Below, piece by piece: positions 51,299 to 62,351 of a stretch of 64,000 nucleotides of DNA (its first letter is position 1; each line of letters begins with the position of its first letter). The stretch is from an uncultured Pantoea sp. GTDB taxonomy: Bacteria > Pseudomonadota > Gammaproteobacteria > Enterobacterales > Enterobacteriaceae. Where the stretch lies: positions 78,573 through 142,572 of the forward strand of contig CAJYKU010000018.1 of the NCBI GenBank assembly GCA_913775175.1. The letters are read 5' to 3'. Made by a program: the position numbers and the translations under genes. A model generated the notes under the pieces. The model searched no databases and had not been told where the DNA came from. It worked only from the letters and a program-made list of their open reading frames with translations.

Positions 51299-51955
51299 TC
51301 AGCGCAGCCAGCGGCAGATCTGCCAGCCGCGCTGCTCTGCCTCGTGTGCCAGATCAGCGTCAGGATTAACTACCCAGGCGTGGTCAGCGTATGAGAGCAG
51401 CGGCAGATCGTTGGCAGAGTCGCTATAAGCCCAGATTTGCGTAAATGCCTGATCCTGCTGCCGCTGCCAGTCACGCACGCGGAATACCTTTCCCTCGCGC
51501 CAGGCTGGTGTGCCGTAAATGGCACCGCTATAGCGATCGTTAATCACCTCAACGCCAATGGCCAGCGCGCTGTCGACGCCCAGTTTCTCGGCGATAGGGA
51601 TTGCCAGATGATCGCCGCTGGCGGTAACAATAATGACTTTATCACCACGCGCCTGGTGCCATTTAATGCGCTCACGTGCGGCTGGAAAGACGCGTGGCAT
51701 GATATCGCGCTGGATAAAGCGTCTTGCCCAGCCAGCCACCGTCAGGGTTGCCATGCCAGCCAGCGGTGCCAGTGTGGTACGCATATACTCCTCAATCGCG
51801 AGTTCACCGGCGTAATAACGCTGCATCAGCCGCTGCTCTTCAGCAAGGAGTGTTTCACACGCGAACCCCTGCGCGACCAGCCAGCGCAACCACAGGCTGG
51901 TACTGTCCTCACAAATCAACGTTTCATCCAGGTCGAGCACGGCTAAATCCATCAT
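51299..51955 (-). CDS. HAD-IB family hydrolase
   Basis: DLDETL motif I, VTAS motif II, GK motif III, YSDSANDLPLL motif IV. Confidence 0.9.
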   Translation of the reverse strand: MMDLAVLDLDETLICEDSTSLWLRWLVAQGFACETLLAEEQRLMQRYYAGELAIEEYMRTTLAPLAGMATLTVAGWARRFIQRDIMPRVFPAARERIKWHQARGDKVIIVTASGDHLAIPIAEKLGVDSALAIGVEVINDRYSGAIYGTPAWREGKVFRVRDWQRQQDQAFTQIWAYSDSANDLPLLSYADHAWVVNPDADLAHEAEQRGWQICRWLR

Positions 51956-52221
51956 TCTCTCCTCAGGCTGACTGGCTTTAGCCTGGCAGAATTTTGTGAC
52001 CGACTTAATGCTTTTGGCTAAATTCAGAATTTTACGCAAATTGACAAGGGGTTATCAGGGCTGTAACGCCATGATTGCCGGTTAGCCTGGATATATATAA
52101 GAAACCTTAATTAACTTTACGATTGAACGGTTTTTTTCGCCAGCCCGAACCGTTAGCGTTTGATATGACACTTCCTGCCCGCGGAAAGCTCCGATTTAAT
52201 AAGGACAATCTGGTTACGCTC

Positions 52222-53424
52222 ATGAAACTGACTCTATGCGCTTCGCTGTTACGGCCTCTGACTGCCACCTCTCTTCTGCTCTTCTTTCCTGTGATTTCAC
52301 AGGCAGTTGAAGCACCCTCCGCGCCACAGATTGAGGCAAAAGCCTGGATTCTGATGGATTACAACAGTGGCAAAGTGCTGGCTGAATCAAATGCTGACCA
52401 GCGGCTTGATCCTGCCAGCCTGACTAAAATGATGACCAGCTATGTTGTAGGGCAGGCGCTGAAATCGGGCAAGATTACCAACGACGATAACGTCACTATT
52501 GATCAGGATGCGTGGGCGACCGGTAATCCGAAGCTGCGTGGCTCATCGCTGATGTTTTTAAAGCCAGGCGATCGTATTCCGGTATCGGAACTCAATAAAG
52601 GTATTGTGATCCAGTCCGGCAATGATGCCTGCATTGCGCTGGCAGACTATGTTGCCGGCAGTCAGGACGCCTTTATCGGCCTGATGAATAACTATGTTAA
52701 AGCGTTTGGTTTGCAGAATACTCACTTTATGACCGTGCATGGCCTGGATGCCGAAGGACAATATAGTACCGCGCGCGATATGGCGCTTATTGGCCAGCGT
52801 CTGATTCGCGATGTGCCGGAAGAGTATGCACTTAACAGTGAAAAAGAGTTCACATTTAACAATATCCGGCAGCGTAACCGGAATCGTCTGCTGTGGAGCT
52901 CAAATCTCAAGGTTGATGGTATTAAAACCGGGCACACTTCAGGTGCGGGAAATAATCTGGTGGCGTCAGCGGTGGATGGCGACATGCGCCTGATCTCTGT
53001 GGTGCTGGGCGCACAAACCGATGCGATCCGCTTTCGCGAAAGTGAAAAGCTGCTGACCTGGGGCTTTCGCTTTTATGAAACGGTGACGCCGGTTAAAGCT
53101 GACACGCCATTTGCGCAGCAGCGGGTCTGGTTTGGGGACAAAAATCAGGTCAATCTGGGCGTAGCAAAAGATGCCGCTGTGACGCTGCCTAAAGGACAGA
53201 TGAAAAATCTCAAGGCCAGCTTTACGCTGAACACGCCGCAGCTGGAGGCTCCTATTCAGAAAAATCAGGTGCTGGGAACCATTAATTTCCAGCTTGATGG
53301 CAAAACGATTGAGCAGCGCCCGCTGGTGGCAATGGAAGCGGTGCCAGAGGGGGGAATAGTGAGCCGTATCTGGGATTTCATTATGATGAAATTCAATGGC
53401 TGGTTTGGGAAATGGTTTAACTAA
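52222..53424 (+). CDS. dacC: D-alanyl-D-alanine carboxypeptidase (PBP6)
   Basis: PASLTK, SGN and KTG motifs, amphipathic C-terminus; synteny. Confidence 0.9.
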   Translation: MKLTLCASLLRPLTATSLLLFFPVISQAVEAPSAPQIEAKAWILMDYNSGKVLAESNADQRLDPASLTKMMTSYVVGQALKSGKITNDDNVTIDQDAWATGNPKLRGSSLMFLKPGDRIPVSELNKGIVIQSGNDACIALADYVAGSQDAFIGLMNNYVKAFGLQNTHFMTVHGLDAEGQYSTARDMALIGQRLIRDVPEEYALNSEKEFTFNNIRQRNRNRLLWSSNLKVDGIKTGHTSGAGNNLVASAVDGDMRLISVVLGAQTDAIRFRESEKLLTWGFRFYETVTPVKADTPFAQQRVWFGDKNQVNLGVAKDAAVTLPKGQMKNLKASFTLNTPQLEAPIQKNQVLGTINFQLDGKTIEQRPLVAMEAVPEGGIVSRIWDFIMMKFNGWFGKWFN

Positions 53425-53751
53425 GCGGCGCTGCAGACTGGTTCTTAAGGAACGGAAACCATTTAAGACCAAAAGTTAACAGGATTCTCAGTGCTCTGCT
53501 AACGCTTTGTTTTTAGAGGAAGCAGGGATATACCGTATGATTACAGTTTTTGTTCTGCTGAAAACCACCGTTTCCTGACTACGGTGAACAGCGAGGAGCG
53601 TAAATTAACCCGCTACTGGCTTGTTCTGCCATAACAGTTCGCCGCTAAAGCTTCACGCACCATTTATGTCTGAACGGTGCGTGAAACCGGCGCCATCATG
53701 CGCCTTATCAGACCTGTAACCCAGCCTGTTTAGCGGATGTATGCCATTACA

Positions 53752-54357
53752 CTACTCTCTGATCCAGCCTTTTCTGATTGGCATCGCAAACAGCAGCCGA
53801 TAAATCTGGTGGGCTGCCGCCAGCAGGCGGTTGCCATAGAGCTGCCATGCCATATGTGATGCGAGGCAGCTGAGTAATCCCACCAGAAAACCGCCCAGCA
53901 TATCCAGCGGCCAGTGAACGCCAAGGTAGACGCGCGACCAGGCAATAGCACTGCCAACCAGCAGCAGTAGTACGCCAGACCAGAGGCGGTGCCAGAAAAT
54001 AAAAGCCAGAGCAAAAGTAAAGATGGTCGTACCATGATCGCTGGGGTAGGAGTCATCGGCGGCATGCATCAGAAACTGATGCCCCAGCCCCACAGCAAAC
54101 GGACGCGGATGCGGCAGCAGCTGACCGGTGCACCAGGAGATGCTGAGGGCGTAAATTAGAGCGACACCGGTTTTTAACACCAGCGTGCGCTGCGAGTGAA
54201 CCTGCTCGCGCGGTCCCCATAGCCAGAGCGCAACAATCAGCAGCGGAACAATGGCAATAAGATCTTTAGCGATGAAAATCGCCAGACTCAGCAGCCAGTG
54301 CGGTGAATCTGGTGTGGCATTAATCCATAAAAAAAGCGTGCGGTTAATCGCTTCCAT
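53752..54357 (-). CDS. ybjG: Undecaprenyl-diphosphate phosphatase (PAP2)
   Basis: HPRPF, SYPSDHGT, SRVYLGVHWPLD. Confidence 0.92.
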   Translation of the reverse strand: MEAINRTLFLWINATPDSPHWLLSLAIFIAKDLIAIVPLLIVALWLWGPREQVHSQRTLVLKTGVALIYALSISWCTGQLLPHPRPFAVGLGHQFLMHAADDSYPSDHGTTIFTFALAFIFWHRLWSGVLLLLVGSAIAWSRVYLGVHWPLDMLGGFLVGLLSCLASHMAWQLYGNRLLAAAHQIYRLLFAMPIRKGWIRE

Positions 54358-55099
54358 TCCGTTTAGTTATCCTCATCTTATTGGTCACAAATGAAACACT
54401 GGCAAACACCAGTAGCTGAACCAGCCAGACCCACCAGCCAGCCCATAAATTGTGTGAAAAAAAGTGCGCGCCACGCATCACCTGGCCGAATCCCATTAGT
54501 AACCCCAGCGTGATTCCGAACATCAGCGCCAGTAACGCCCGCCGCGGATGCTCCGGCCACCAGAGAAAAAACAGCGCCATAACCGCAAAGCCGCTGGAAG
54601 CATGACCACCGGGGAAACAGCGACCGGGGCCGCTGTTCACAGGTACGTTCCCCAGCAGTGGAAAACTTACTGCTTTGCCACCGAACAGGGCTAAATCCCA
54701 TGGACAGGAGTGCGCACTGTGCGCTTTAAGTATGCCAATAACCAGCGGCCCCAGCCCAAACAGCAGTGCAACAATCATCTGTCGCGCGTTACGTTTTATC
54801 ACGCCATGCAGCAGCATTATCACTGCACCTGCAATAATTATCTCTTTGGCAATCCGGTGGTTAAGCATATCCAGCCAGTAGCTGTGCTGCCACGGAAAAT
54901 GCTGCGTAATAGGATCAAACCAGTACTGGCTGATCGCAATATCCAGCTGCTCGTTGCGTGACCAGTACAGAAATATCATTGCCAGCAGCAGCAGTAGCAC
55001 CAGGTTCCCAGCGTAGAAGCGTAAGGATAAAGAATAAATAGTCCCGCTCTTAATCCCGCTGCAGGTTGTGGGATTGTTTAGGTTTGATGACATTTGCAT
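54344..55099 (-). CDS. PAP2-family membrane phosphatase
   Basis: K....HSCPWDL, CFPGGHASSGF, QVMRGAHFFSH; overlaps the ybjG start. Confidence 0.85.
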   Translation of the reverse strand: MQMSSNLNNPTTCSGIKSGTIYSLSLRFYAGNLVLLLLLAMIFLYWSRNEQLDIAISQYWFDPITQHFPWQHSYWLDMLNHRIAKEIIIAGAVIMLLHGVIKRNARQMIVALLFGLGPLVIGILKAHSAHSCPWDLALFGGKAVSFPLLGNVPVNSGPGRCFPGGHASSGFAVMALFFLWWPEHPRRALLALMFGITLGLLMGFGQVMRGAHFFSHNLWAGWWVWLVQLLVFASVSFVTNKMRITKRNGSD

Positions 55100-55146
55100 G
55101 ATAAAAAATCGGGTTAAGGGCCAGAGACACAGCGTGGCGCAAATCG

Positions 55147-55163
55147 CTTAGTACAACCTTAAG
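55147..55163 (-). promoter_or_regulatory. PmrA/BasR(QseB)-type box upstream of the PAP2-ybjG operon
   Basis: Minus strand CTTAAG-GTTGT-ACTAAG (direct repeat, 11-bp period), followed 10 nt later by CACGCT (-10-like). Confidence 0.55.
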
Positions 55164-55180
55164 TCGTGGCAGGCGGGCAT

Positions 55181-55246
55181 AAAAAAACCCGTTAGTCAGT
55201 GACTAACGGGCTCCTCAATTTGGGGATTTCAAAGAAAAGCAGTGGC
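55181..55246 (-). ncRNA. rybB: RybB sigmaE-dependent small RNA
   Basis: Minus strand begins with the conserved seed GCCACTGCTTTTCTTTGA and ends in a CCCGTTAGTC/GACTAACGGG hairpin plus U7; immediately downstream of ybjL. Confidence 0.93.
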
Positions 55247-55252
55247 ACTTAT

Positions 55253-55280
55253 TCAGACGCCAGCGGTTAAAAAAAGTTCT
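55253..55280 (-). promoter_or_regulatory. SigmaE promoter of rybB
   Basis: Minus strand GAACTT-N16-TCTGA, 6 nt upstream of the RybB 5' end. Confidence 0.88.
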
Positions 55281-55298
55281 GGCCTGAGTAAAAATATT

Positions 55299-56987
55299 TT
55301 ACATTGCCAGTATCGGCCAGATAATCACGATCAGAGTGCCTGCCAGTGTCAGTAACACATTGGCAATTGCGTAGGTTCCGGCATAACCCAGCGCCGGAAT
55401 ACTACTGCGTGCGGTATCACTGATAATCTCCATGGCTGGCGCACAGGTGCGGGCACCCATAATCGCGCCAAACAGCAGTGCCCGGTTCATTCGCAGCACA
55501 TAGGCACCAAACAGATAGCAGATCACTACCGGCACCAGGCTGACCAGCAGACCACTCAGCAGCATCAGCGCGCCCGCACTGCCAAAACCGTGCTGCAGAC
55601 CACTGCCGGCACTCAGCCCGACACCAGCCATAAATACCATCAGTCCAAACTCTTTAACCATGGTCAGTGCGCCCTGCGGAATATAGCCAAAGGTGGGATG
55701 GTTAGCCCGCAGAAAACCCAGCATAATGCCGGCGAAAAGCAAACCAGCCGCGTTGCCAATGCCAAAGCTAAAATTGCTGAACTGAAAGGTGATCATGCCG
55801 ATCATCAGACCAATAATAAAAAAGGCGCAGAAAGCCAGCAGGTCAGTTACCTGACTGTGTATAGCGATAAATCCGATGCGATCGGCCAGGCTTTTAACCC
55901 GGCGCGCCTCGCCACTGACCTGCAGCACATCGCCTTTGTTCAGCATAATACTGTCGTCGATTGGCATCTCAATCTGGCTACGGATCACCCGGTTGAGAAA
56001 GCAGCCATGGTCAGTGAGTTTCAGATGACTCAGCCGCTTGTTAACGGCATTATGGTTTTTAACTACGATCTCTTCTGTAACAATGCGCATATCCAGCAAA
56101 TCGCGATCAAATACCTCTTTGCCATTGCGGAAGCTGGCGTCGAGCCGGGCATGTGCGTCGGGATAGCCTACCAGCGAAATCTCATCACCGAGCTGTAGCA
56201 TGGCATCACCATCCGGGCTGGCGAGAATACCGTTGCGGCGCAGACGTTCGATATAACAGCCGGTCTGTCGGTGAATGCCGAGTTCCCGCAAATTTTTGCC
56301 GTCGCTCCAGGCCACCAGTTCAGGGCCAACGCGATAAGCCCGAATCACCGGTAAAAATACTTTACGCTGACTATCTGCATCCAGCCCGCGCTCGCGGGCG
56401 ATTTGCTGAGCGCAGGTTGGCAGATCCTGATGCTGCAGGCGTGGCAGGTAACGCGCACCCAATATCAGACTGACCAGGCCCATCAGATAGGTCAGTGCGT
56501 AGCCCAGGCTTAAATTATCCTGCATCATACTGAGCTGGCGTGGATCGCTGATACTCTGCCGCAGCGTATCGCCGGCACCCACCAGTACTGGTGTCGAGGT
56601 CATTGAGCCTGCCAGCATGCCAGCGGTTAAGCCGATATCCCAGCCAAACAGATTACCCAGTATCAGGGCCACCAGCAGGGCAGTGACCACCATAACGATG
56701 GCAAGAAAAAAGTAATTTTTGCCATCGCGGAAAAAGATTGAGAAGAAGTTGGGACCCGCTTCTACCCCTACGCAAAAAATAAACAGCATAAAGCCGAGAC
56801 TTAATGCATCGGTATTAATTGCAAAGTGCTGCTGACCTAAAATCAGGGATACGACGAGAACACCAATCGAATTACCCAGCTGAACAGAGCCCAGGCGTAA
56901 TTTACCCAAGCAGAGTCCCAGTGCCAGCACTACAAATAATAACAGTACGTCATTTTTACTTAACAATTCTGCGACGTTAATGTTCAC
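55299..56987 (-). CDS. ybjL: AspT/YidE/YbjL-family transporter with TrkA_C domains
   Basis: [39 protein letters not shown]. Confidence 0.93.
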   Translation of the reverse strand: MNINVAELLSKNDVLLLFVVLALGLCLGKLRLGSVQLGNSIGVLVVSLILGQQHFAINTDALSLGFMLFIFCVGVEAGPNFFSIFFRDGKNYFFLAIVMVVTALLVALILGNLFGWDIGLTAGMLAGSMTSTPVLVGAGDTLRQSISDPRQLSMMQDNLSLGYALTYLMGLVSLILGARYLPRLQHQDLPTCAQQIARERGLDADSQRKVFLPVIRAYRVGPELVAWSDGKNLRELGIHRQTGCYIERLRRNGILASPDGDAMLQLGDEISLVGYPDAHARLDASFRNGKEVFDRDLLDMRIVTEEIVVKNHNAVNKRLSHLKLTDHGCFLNRVIRSQIEMPIDDSIMLNKGDVLQVSGEARRVKSLADRIGFIAIHSQVTDLLAFCAFFIIGLMIGMITFQFSNFSFGIGNAAGLLFAGIMLGFLRANHPTFGYIPQGALTMVKEFGLMVFMAGVGLSAGSGLQHGFGSAGALMLLSGLLVSLVPVVICYLFGAYVLRMNRALLFGAIMGARTCAPAMEIISDTARSSIPALGYAGTYAIANVLLTLAGTLIVIIWPILAM

Positions 56988-57239
56988 AGTTTTAACTTCT
57001 TATTTACGTGTAACGGGTTGATAGGAGGGGTTTTTTTCGCTATCTTAATCAGAACGCAACGCTTTTCATCCAGCTTTGCAGGTGGGTTTGATTAAGAAGC
57101 GGCATTATTCTAAACATAATTAATTATCTCAGCCATCAACGTTGCCACTCTTTACGTTTATAGCTGTTTCAATTTATTTCCACGCATGTGCGCCAGGCAA
57201 TAAAGTTTCATCTGTTTAACGTTAACGTTGAGGATTGTT

Positions 57240-57605
57240 ATGTTGCAGCGTACTTATCGCTGGCCTGCGCCTGTTTTGGGTGTGATGCTTTATATGCTGG
57301 TTTTTATCTGGGCTCATCATGTCTGGAGCGTGCCGCCGCAGCAACATGGACAGCCAGAGTTGCTGCTGTTTCTCTTGCCAGGTATGGCTATTGCGCTGAT
57401 GCGGCCTGTCAGTCCGATTCTCGCTACGCTGTGGTCAGCATTGCCAGCAACCGCACTGGGAATTGGCTGGATTATGTTAACACAGAAGATAAATCACCCC
57501 GGTCTGCTGGTTATTGCCTGGAGCCTGAGTGCGCTCTTCTGGGCGGGATGTGGTGCGCTGTTGATCCGTCTGCTGCGTATTATGCTGGCAGCACGCGTGG
57601 ATTAA
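57240..57605 (+). CDS. ybjM: Inner membrane protein YbjM
   Basis: PELLLFLLPG, AWSLSALFW; 4 TMs; between ybjL and grxA. Confidence 0.75.
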   Translation: MLQRTYRWPAPVLGVMLYMLVFIWAHHVWSVPPQQHGQPELLLFLLPGMAIALMRPVSPILATLWSALPATALGIGWIMLTQKINHPGLLVIAWSLSALFWAGCGALLIRLLRIMLAARVD

Positions 57606-57632
57606 AAAACGGGCCTGGTGGCCCGTTTTTTT
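57604..57632. terminator. Bidirectional terminator between ybjM and grxA
   Basis: AAAAACGGGCC-TGGT-GGCCCGTTTTT. Confidence 0.85.
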
Positions 57633-57894
57633 ATGCTTCGATGCCCAGATTTTCTTTGCTCCACGCAGCAAATTCGGTGTAGCCACCAATATGCTGATCG
57701 TCGAGGAAAATCTGCGGCACGGTTGATACCGGCTTACCGGCACGTGCTTCCAGATCGGCTTTTGTGATGCCGGTCGCCTGAATATCAACATACTGATAGT
57801 TAAAATCGTCGCGCTCATTGGTTAGTCTGGTTGCTAACTCTTTTGCACGTACGCAGTACGGGCAGCTGGAACGACCAAAAATTACTGCAATCAT
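57631..57894 (-). CDS. grxA: Glutaredoxin 1
   Basis: IFGRSSCPYCVRAK, TVPQIF, IGGYTEF. Confidence 0.95.
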   Translation of the reverse strand: MIAVIFGRSSCPYCVRAKELATRLTNERDDFNYQYVDIQATGITKADLEARAGKPVSTVPQIFLDDQHIGGYTEFAAWSKENLGIEA

Positions 57895-58087
57895 TGCTTT
57901 TCTCCTTCCGCAGCTGTGTTGTGCTGAGTCACAGCACAGCATAAACAGTGCCTGACATGATGCCCGCTCAGGGTGCTTAAGAGAAGAAGAAAATAGCTGT
58001 TACTCTAATGGACGCATGCTATCTCTGGTCTACTATGCAATCAGTGACAGCGGCATGTGCTGAACAGATAAAAAGTGGGGGACCCGG

Positions 58088-58339
58088 ATGCGTAATCTTG
58101 CCCGACTGCCTGTACCCGTTTTAGTGCTGGAAGCCATAGGTGCCTGCGCAATAACCGGTGCACTTTTACTGATCAATAACTGGCTGCCGGCTCCTGCGGC
58201 AATCGAGCCAAAATTGCTGGCAACGCTGCTGTTTTTGCTGGGGATTGTACTGATGCTGCCTGCGGCATGGCTGATGATGTGGCGCACAGCAAAAGTGATA
58301 GCTCCGCACCTTTTTAACAACACCAATCACAGGAAGTAA
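58088..58339 (+). CDS. ybjC: YbjC-family small membrane protein
   Basis: LP.PVLVLE..G, LGIVLMLPAA, APHLF; first gene of ybjC-nfsA-rimK-ybjN. Confidence 0.8.
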   Translation: MRNLARLPVPVLVLEAIGACAITGALLLINNWLPAPAAIEPKLLATLLFLLGIVLMLPAAWLMMWRTAKVIAPHLFNNTNHRK

Positions 58340-58351
58340 CCGGAGAGAATT

Positions 58352-59074
58352 ATGACGCCGACAATTGATCTACTATGCAGCCATCGCTCTATTCGTGCTT
58401 TTACCCGGCAGGGTATTGACGATGCTCAGCGCAGCGCGATTATTGCTGCAGCTCAGGCGGCCTCGACCTCCAGTTTTCTGCAGTGCTCATCTATTGTGCG
58501 CATCACCGATCAGGAAAAACGTACTGCGCTGGCTGAGCTGGCGGGTGGACAGACATGGGTAGCGGAAGCCGCTGAATTTTGGGTATTTTGCGCTGACTTT
58601 AACCGACATCTGCAGATCTGCCCTGACGCCCAGCTGGGACGTGCTGAGCAGTTGCTGCTGGGCTGTGTCGATACCGCGCTGATGGCGCAGAATGCAATGA
58701 TTGCTGCTGAGTCAATGGGGCTGGGTGGCGTGTTTATTGGTGGGATCCGCAACAATATCGCCGAGGTGACTGCACTGCTGGATCTGCCAAAATTTGTGCT
58801 GCCACTATTTGGCTTCTGCATCGGCTATCCTGATGCTTCACCTGATGTAAAGCCGCGGATGCCACCTGAAATGCTGGTGCACGAAAACCGCTACCATCAG
58901 GTCGATAAAGCTGTGCTGGCTGAGTACGATCAGCAGATCACTGACTATTATCAGCAGCGCGACAGCAACCAGCGCTCTGAAACCTGGAGCCATATGATAC
59001 AACGCCTGATTATTAAAGAGACGCGTCCGTTTATGCTGGACTATCTGCACAGTCAGGGCTGGGCAACGCGATAA
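58352..59074 (+). CDS. nfsA: NADPH-dependent nitroreductase NfsA
   Basis: [37 protein letters not shown]. Confidence 0.95.
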   Translation: MTPTIDLLCSHRSIRAFTRQGIDDAQRSAIIAAAQAASTSSFLQCSSIVRITDQEKRTALAELAGGQTWVAEAAEFWVFCADFNRHLQICPDAQLGRAEQLLLGCVDTALMAQNAMIAAESMGLGGVFIGGIRNNIAEVTALLDLPKFVLPLFGFCIGYPDASPDVKPRMPPEMLVHENRYHQVDKAVLAEYDQQITDYYQQRDSNQRSETWSHMIQRLIIKETRPFMLDYLHSQGWATR

Positions 59075-59090
59075 GCCAGAGGCGCACTCA

Positions 59091-59993
59091 ATGAAAATCG
59101 CTATTCTCACCCGTGACAGCACGCTTCACTCCTGTCAGCGATTACGCAGTGCGGCAGAAGCGCGCGGGCATCAGGTCGCGATGATCGATCCGCTCTCATG
59201 CTATGTCAATATCAATGCAGCGCTGCCAGCAGTGCACTATCAGGGCGAGACCCTCGGTCATTTTGATGCGGTGATCCCGCGGATTGGTAACGCCACAACC
59301 TTTTATGGTACGGCAGTACTGCGCCAGTTTGAGCTGCTGGGTAGCTATCCGTTAAATAAATCCGTGGCGATTACCCGCGCGCGTGACAAGTTGCATTCGC
59401 TGCAGCTACTGGCTCGTGAAGGGATCGAGATGCCGGTTACCGGCATTGCCTCTTCACCTGATGACACTGACGATTTGATACGTATGGTGGGTGGAGCACC
59501 GCTGGTGGTGAAACTGGTTGAGGGTACCCAGGGAATAGGTGTTGTGCTGGCGGAAACGCGACAGGCTGCGGAGAGTGTTATCGACGCTTTTCGCGGCCTG
59601 AATGCGCATATTCTGGTGCAGGAATTTATCAAAGAGGCGCAGGGACGCGATATTCGTTGTCTGGTCATTGGCAATCGGGTGGTGGCTGCCATTGAGCGCG
59701 CGGCTAAAGAGGGCGATTTTCGCTCAAATCTGCATCGCGGTGGCAAAGCGCAGGCGATAACTATCTCTGATCGGGAACGGGAGATCGCCGTTAAGGCGGC
59801 AGCCACGCTGGGGCTGGCAGTGGCGGGGGTGGATATACTGCGCGCCAGCCGGGGCCCGCTGGTCATGGAAGTTAACGCCTCACCGGGTCTGGAAGGCATT
59901 GAAGGCTGCACCGGCCTGGATATTGCCTCTCAGATCATTGAGTGGATTGAGCAACATGCGCTCTCTGGTCATCATTCTGAAACCAGCAGCTGA
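59091..59993 (+). CDS. rimK: Ribosomal protein S6--L-glutamate ligase
   Basis: [40 protein letters not shown]. Confidence 0.96.
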   Translation: MKIAILTRDSTLHSCQRLRSAAEARGHQVAMIDPLSCYVNINAALPAVHYQGETLGHFDAVIPRIGNATTFYGTAVLRQFELLGSYPLNKSVAITRARDKLHSLQLLAREGIEMPVTGIASSPDDTDDLIRMVGGAPLVVKLVEGTQGIGVVLAETRQAAESVIDAFRGLNAHILVQEFIKEAQGRDIRCLVIGNRVVAAIERAAKEGDFRSNLHRGGKAQAITISDREREIAVKAAATLGLAVAGVDILRASRGPLVMEVNASPGLEGIEGCTGLDIASQIIEWIEQHALSGHHSETSS

Positions 59994-60080
59994 AGGGCGC
60001 TTTTTGGTGGTTTTCATGGCATCTGTGCATGTTTTTCCGTAAGCTAGGATGTTTATTTATTCACCCCACAGGAAACAATA

Positions 60081-60560
60081 ATGGATTCACTGGTCGTTCC
60101 GGACATCGACATGCTGCGTCGCTGGCTGGATCAACAAACTATCACCTGGTTCGAATGTGATGCCTGCCAGGCGTTGCATCTGCCGCATATGCAGAATTTT
60201 GACGGGGTGTTTGACGCAAAAATTGACCTGGTGGATAACGTGATTCTGTTTTCTGCGCTGGCAGAAGTAAAACCCACGGCCCTGATCCCGCTGGTTGGCG
60301 ACCTTTCACAGATCAACGCCAGTTCGCTGACCATCAAAGCTTTTATCGATATCCAGGATGATAACCTGCCCAAACTGATTGTCTGCCAGTCGCTCAGCGT
60401 GGCGGCGGGTATTACATTTGGTCAGTTTGCACACTTTATGAAGCAGAGTGAAGAGGGGGTTTCGATGGTTATTCTGGAAGCTTTCGCCAATCATCTGCTG
60501 ATGATGAGTGATGATGAAGAGCGCACGTCGACAACAGCCGATCACGCTGTCCTGCATTAA
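60081..60560 (+). CDS. ybjN: YbjN domain protein
   Basis: FECDACQALHLPHMQNFDGVFDAKID. Confidence 0.93.
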   Translation: MDSLVVPDIDMLRRWLDQQTITWFECDACQALHLPHMQNFDGVFDAKIDLVDNVILFSALAEVKPTALIPLVGDLSQINASSLTIKAFIDIQDDNLPKLIVCQSLSVAAGITFGQFAHFMKQSEEGVSMVILEAFANHLLMMSDDEERTSTTADHAVLH

Positions 60561-60578
60561 TCCCGTCACAGACATGCT

Positions 60579-60602
60579 AAACCGCCTGCGGGCGGTTTTT
60601 TT
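60579..60602 (+). terminator. Terminator after ybjN
   Basis: AAACCGCC-TGCG-GGCGGTTT followed by a T-run. Confidence 0.85.
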
Positions 60603-61127
60603 CGCCTGACCAGCAATGACTCTTTCATCTTTTCTGCGCCGCGCCCTGAACCAGGGCTAAGTTATTAGTTACTTACTCCGCAATATCCTCGCTGCCATCC
60701 GGCGTTAGCTTATTTAACGATAAACAATAAACGTTTATTCTGCTTTTTACCCATTGATGCCAGATTTTAGTCGTGCTTTATGCCATAACTGCCAGACCAC
60801 ATAGCAGAAAAATGCATAAAATATCGTAAAAAGGCGTTTTTTACGCTGAGGTATGGTGTGCAGGGATCAGGGGGGCTATGCTTGCGGAGCTGCCCGGAAC
60901 AGGCAACTGCAGCGTAATACTATACTGTTTTATCACAATGGTCAGGTGGGCTGACATGCATAACTACTCTTCTGCATGTTTTAAGCTTTTTATAAATAAT
61001 CTGGCTATAGGTTTTTGCTATTTAACGTCTGCTACGGAGTCATTCATTGTATATCTGGCCCGGAGCGGCTGATGTGCCGGATTGGCTTTTCACAGCGTTT
61101 ATTGACCCGTTCAGGAGAGAGTAACAG

Positions 61128-62237
61128 ATGAACAACCAGAAAAAAAAATGGTTGCCAGGCATGGTTGCTGGTGTGGTAATGGCAACGGCTGTCGCTGCTC
61201 AGGCAGAGGATAAAACGCTGCACGTCTATAACTGGTCCGATTATATTGCGGCTGATACCGTACCGGATTTTGAAAAGCAGACCGGTATCAAAGTGGTATA
61301 TGATGTATTTGATTCCAATGAAGTGCTGGAAGGCAAACTGATGGCAGGCAGCACCGGCTACGATGTTGTGGTGCCATCATCCAGTTTTCTGGCGCGTCAA
61401 TTGCAGTCCGGCGTCTTTCAGGAGCTGGACAGAAGTAAACTGCCAAACTACAAAAACCTTGATCCCGATCTGATGGCCAAGGTTGCACAGCACGATCCCG
61501 GCAATAAATATGCTATCCCCTATCTGTGGGGAACCACCGGCATTGGTTACAACATTGACAAAGTCAAAGCGGCTCTTGGTACAGATGCGCCAGTCAATAG
61601 CTGGGATCTGGTGCTGAAACCAGAGAATCTGGAAAAACTAAAAAGCTGTGGCGTTTCATTCCTTGATGCGCCAGAAGAAATTTTTGCCACGGTACTTAAC
61701 TATCTTGGCAAAGATCCCAATAGCTCAGATACAAAAGATTATACCGGTGCCGCGACCGATCTGCTGCTGAAACTGCGGCCAAATATTCGTTACTTTCACT
61801 CATCGCAATATATCAATGACCTGGCGAATGGTAATACCTGCGTAGCAATCGGCTGGTCTGGCGATATTCTGCAGGCAAAAAATCGTGCGGATAAAGCTGG
61901 CAACGGCGTGCATATTGGTTACAGCGTTCCAAAAGAGGGCGCACTGGCATTCTTTGACATGATGGCGATCCCGAAAGACGCCAAAAATCCTGATGCAGCG
62001 TATCAGTGGCTGAACTACATCATGGATCCCAAAGTGATTGCTAATATCTCTGACAAGATTAACTATGCCAACGGCAATAAAGCCTCCCTGCCACTGATTA
62101 ATGCCGATATTCGTAATAATCCGGGCATCTTCCCAACCCCTGATGCAATGGCCAAACTCTTTGTGCTTAAAGTCCAGGAACCGAAACTGGATCGTGCACG
62201 CACCCGTGCATGGACTAAGGTAAAAAGTGGTAAGTGA
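61128..62237 (+). CDS. potF: Putrescine ABC transporter substrate-binding protein
   Basis: [45 protein letters not shown]. Confidence 0.95.
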   Translation: MNNQKKKWLPGMVAGVVMATAVAAQAEDKTLHVYNWSDYIAADTVPDFEKQTGIKVVYDVFDSNEVLEGKLMAGSTGYDVVVPSSSFLARQLQSGVFQELDRSKLPNYKNLDPDLMAKVAQHDPGNKYAIPYLWGTTGIGYNIDKVKAALGTDAPVNSWDLVLKPENLEKLKSCGVSFLDAPEEIFATVLNYLGKDPNSSDTKDYTGAATDLLLKLRPNIRYFHSSQYINDLANGNTCVAIGWSGDILQAKNRADKAGNGVHIGYSVPKEGALAFFDMMAIPKDAKNPDAAYQWLNYIMDPKVIANISDKINYANGNKASLPLINADIRNNPGIFPTPDAMAKLFVLKVQEPKLDRARTRAWTKVKSGK

Positions 62238-62351
62238 TTCGTTCTGAACGAAATCCCTGACCGGTAACAACAACAGAGGCGCAGTATGGGCCTCTGTTGT
62301 GCCATTTTAGCGGCTGGTTGTGCCGCGCTATCCCGCTAAGTCGCCGGAGAA

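Noticed and set aside
53537-53720. 13-codon ORF (MITVFVLLKTTVS), a 10-bp hairpin and a REP-like half site (GCCTTATCAGACCT) between dacC and ybjG
   Set aside because: The ORF is too short with a poorly placed RBS, the REP-like sequence has no partner arm, and the hairpin is explicable as a terminator between convergent genes.
57990-58040. OxyR site for grxA or marbox for ybjC-nfsA
   Set aside because: Expected from E. coli biology, and ATAG/CTAT tetramers are present, but the spacing does not fit well enough to call.
60878-61072. 64-aa ORF with a G-rich upstream run, and a possible sigma54 promoter (TGGC...TTGC ~61003-61020), upstream of potF
   Set aside because: The ORF has no recognisable features and spans probable promoter DNA. 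The GG-to-GC spacing is 12 nt rather than the required 10.
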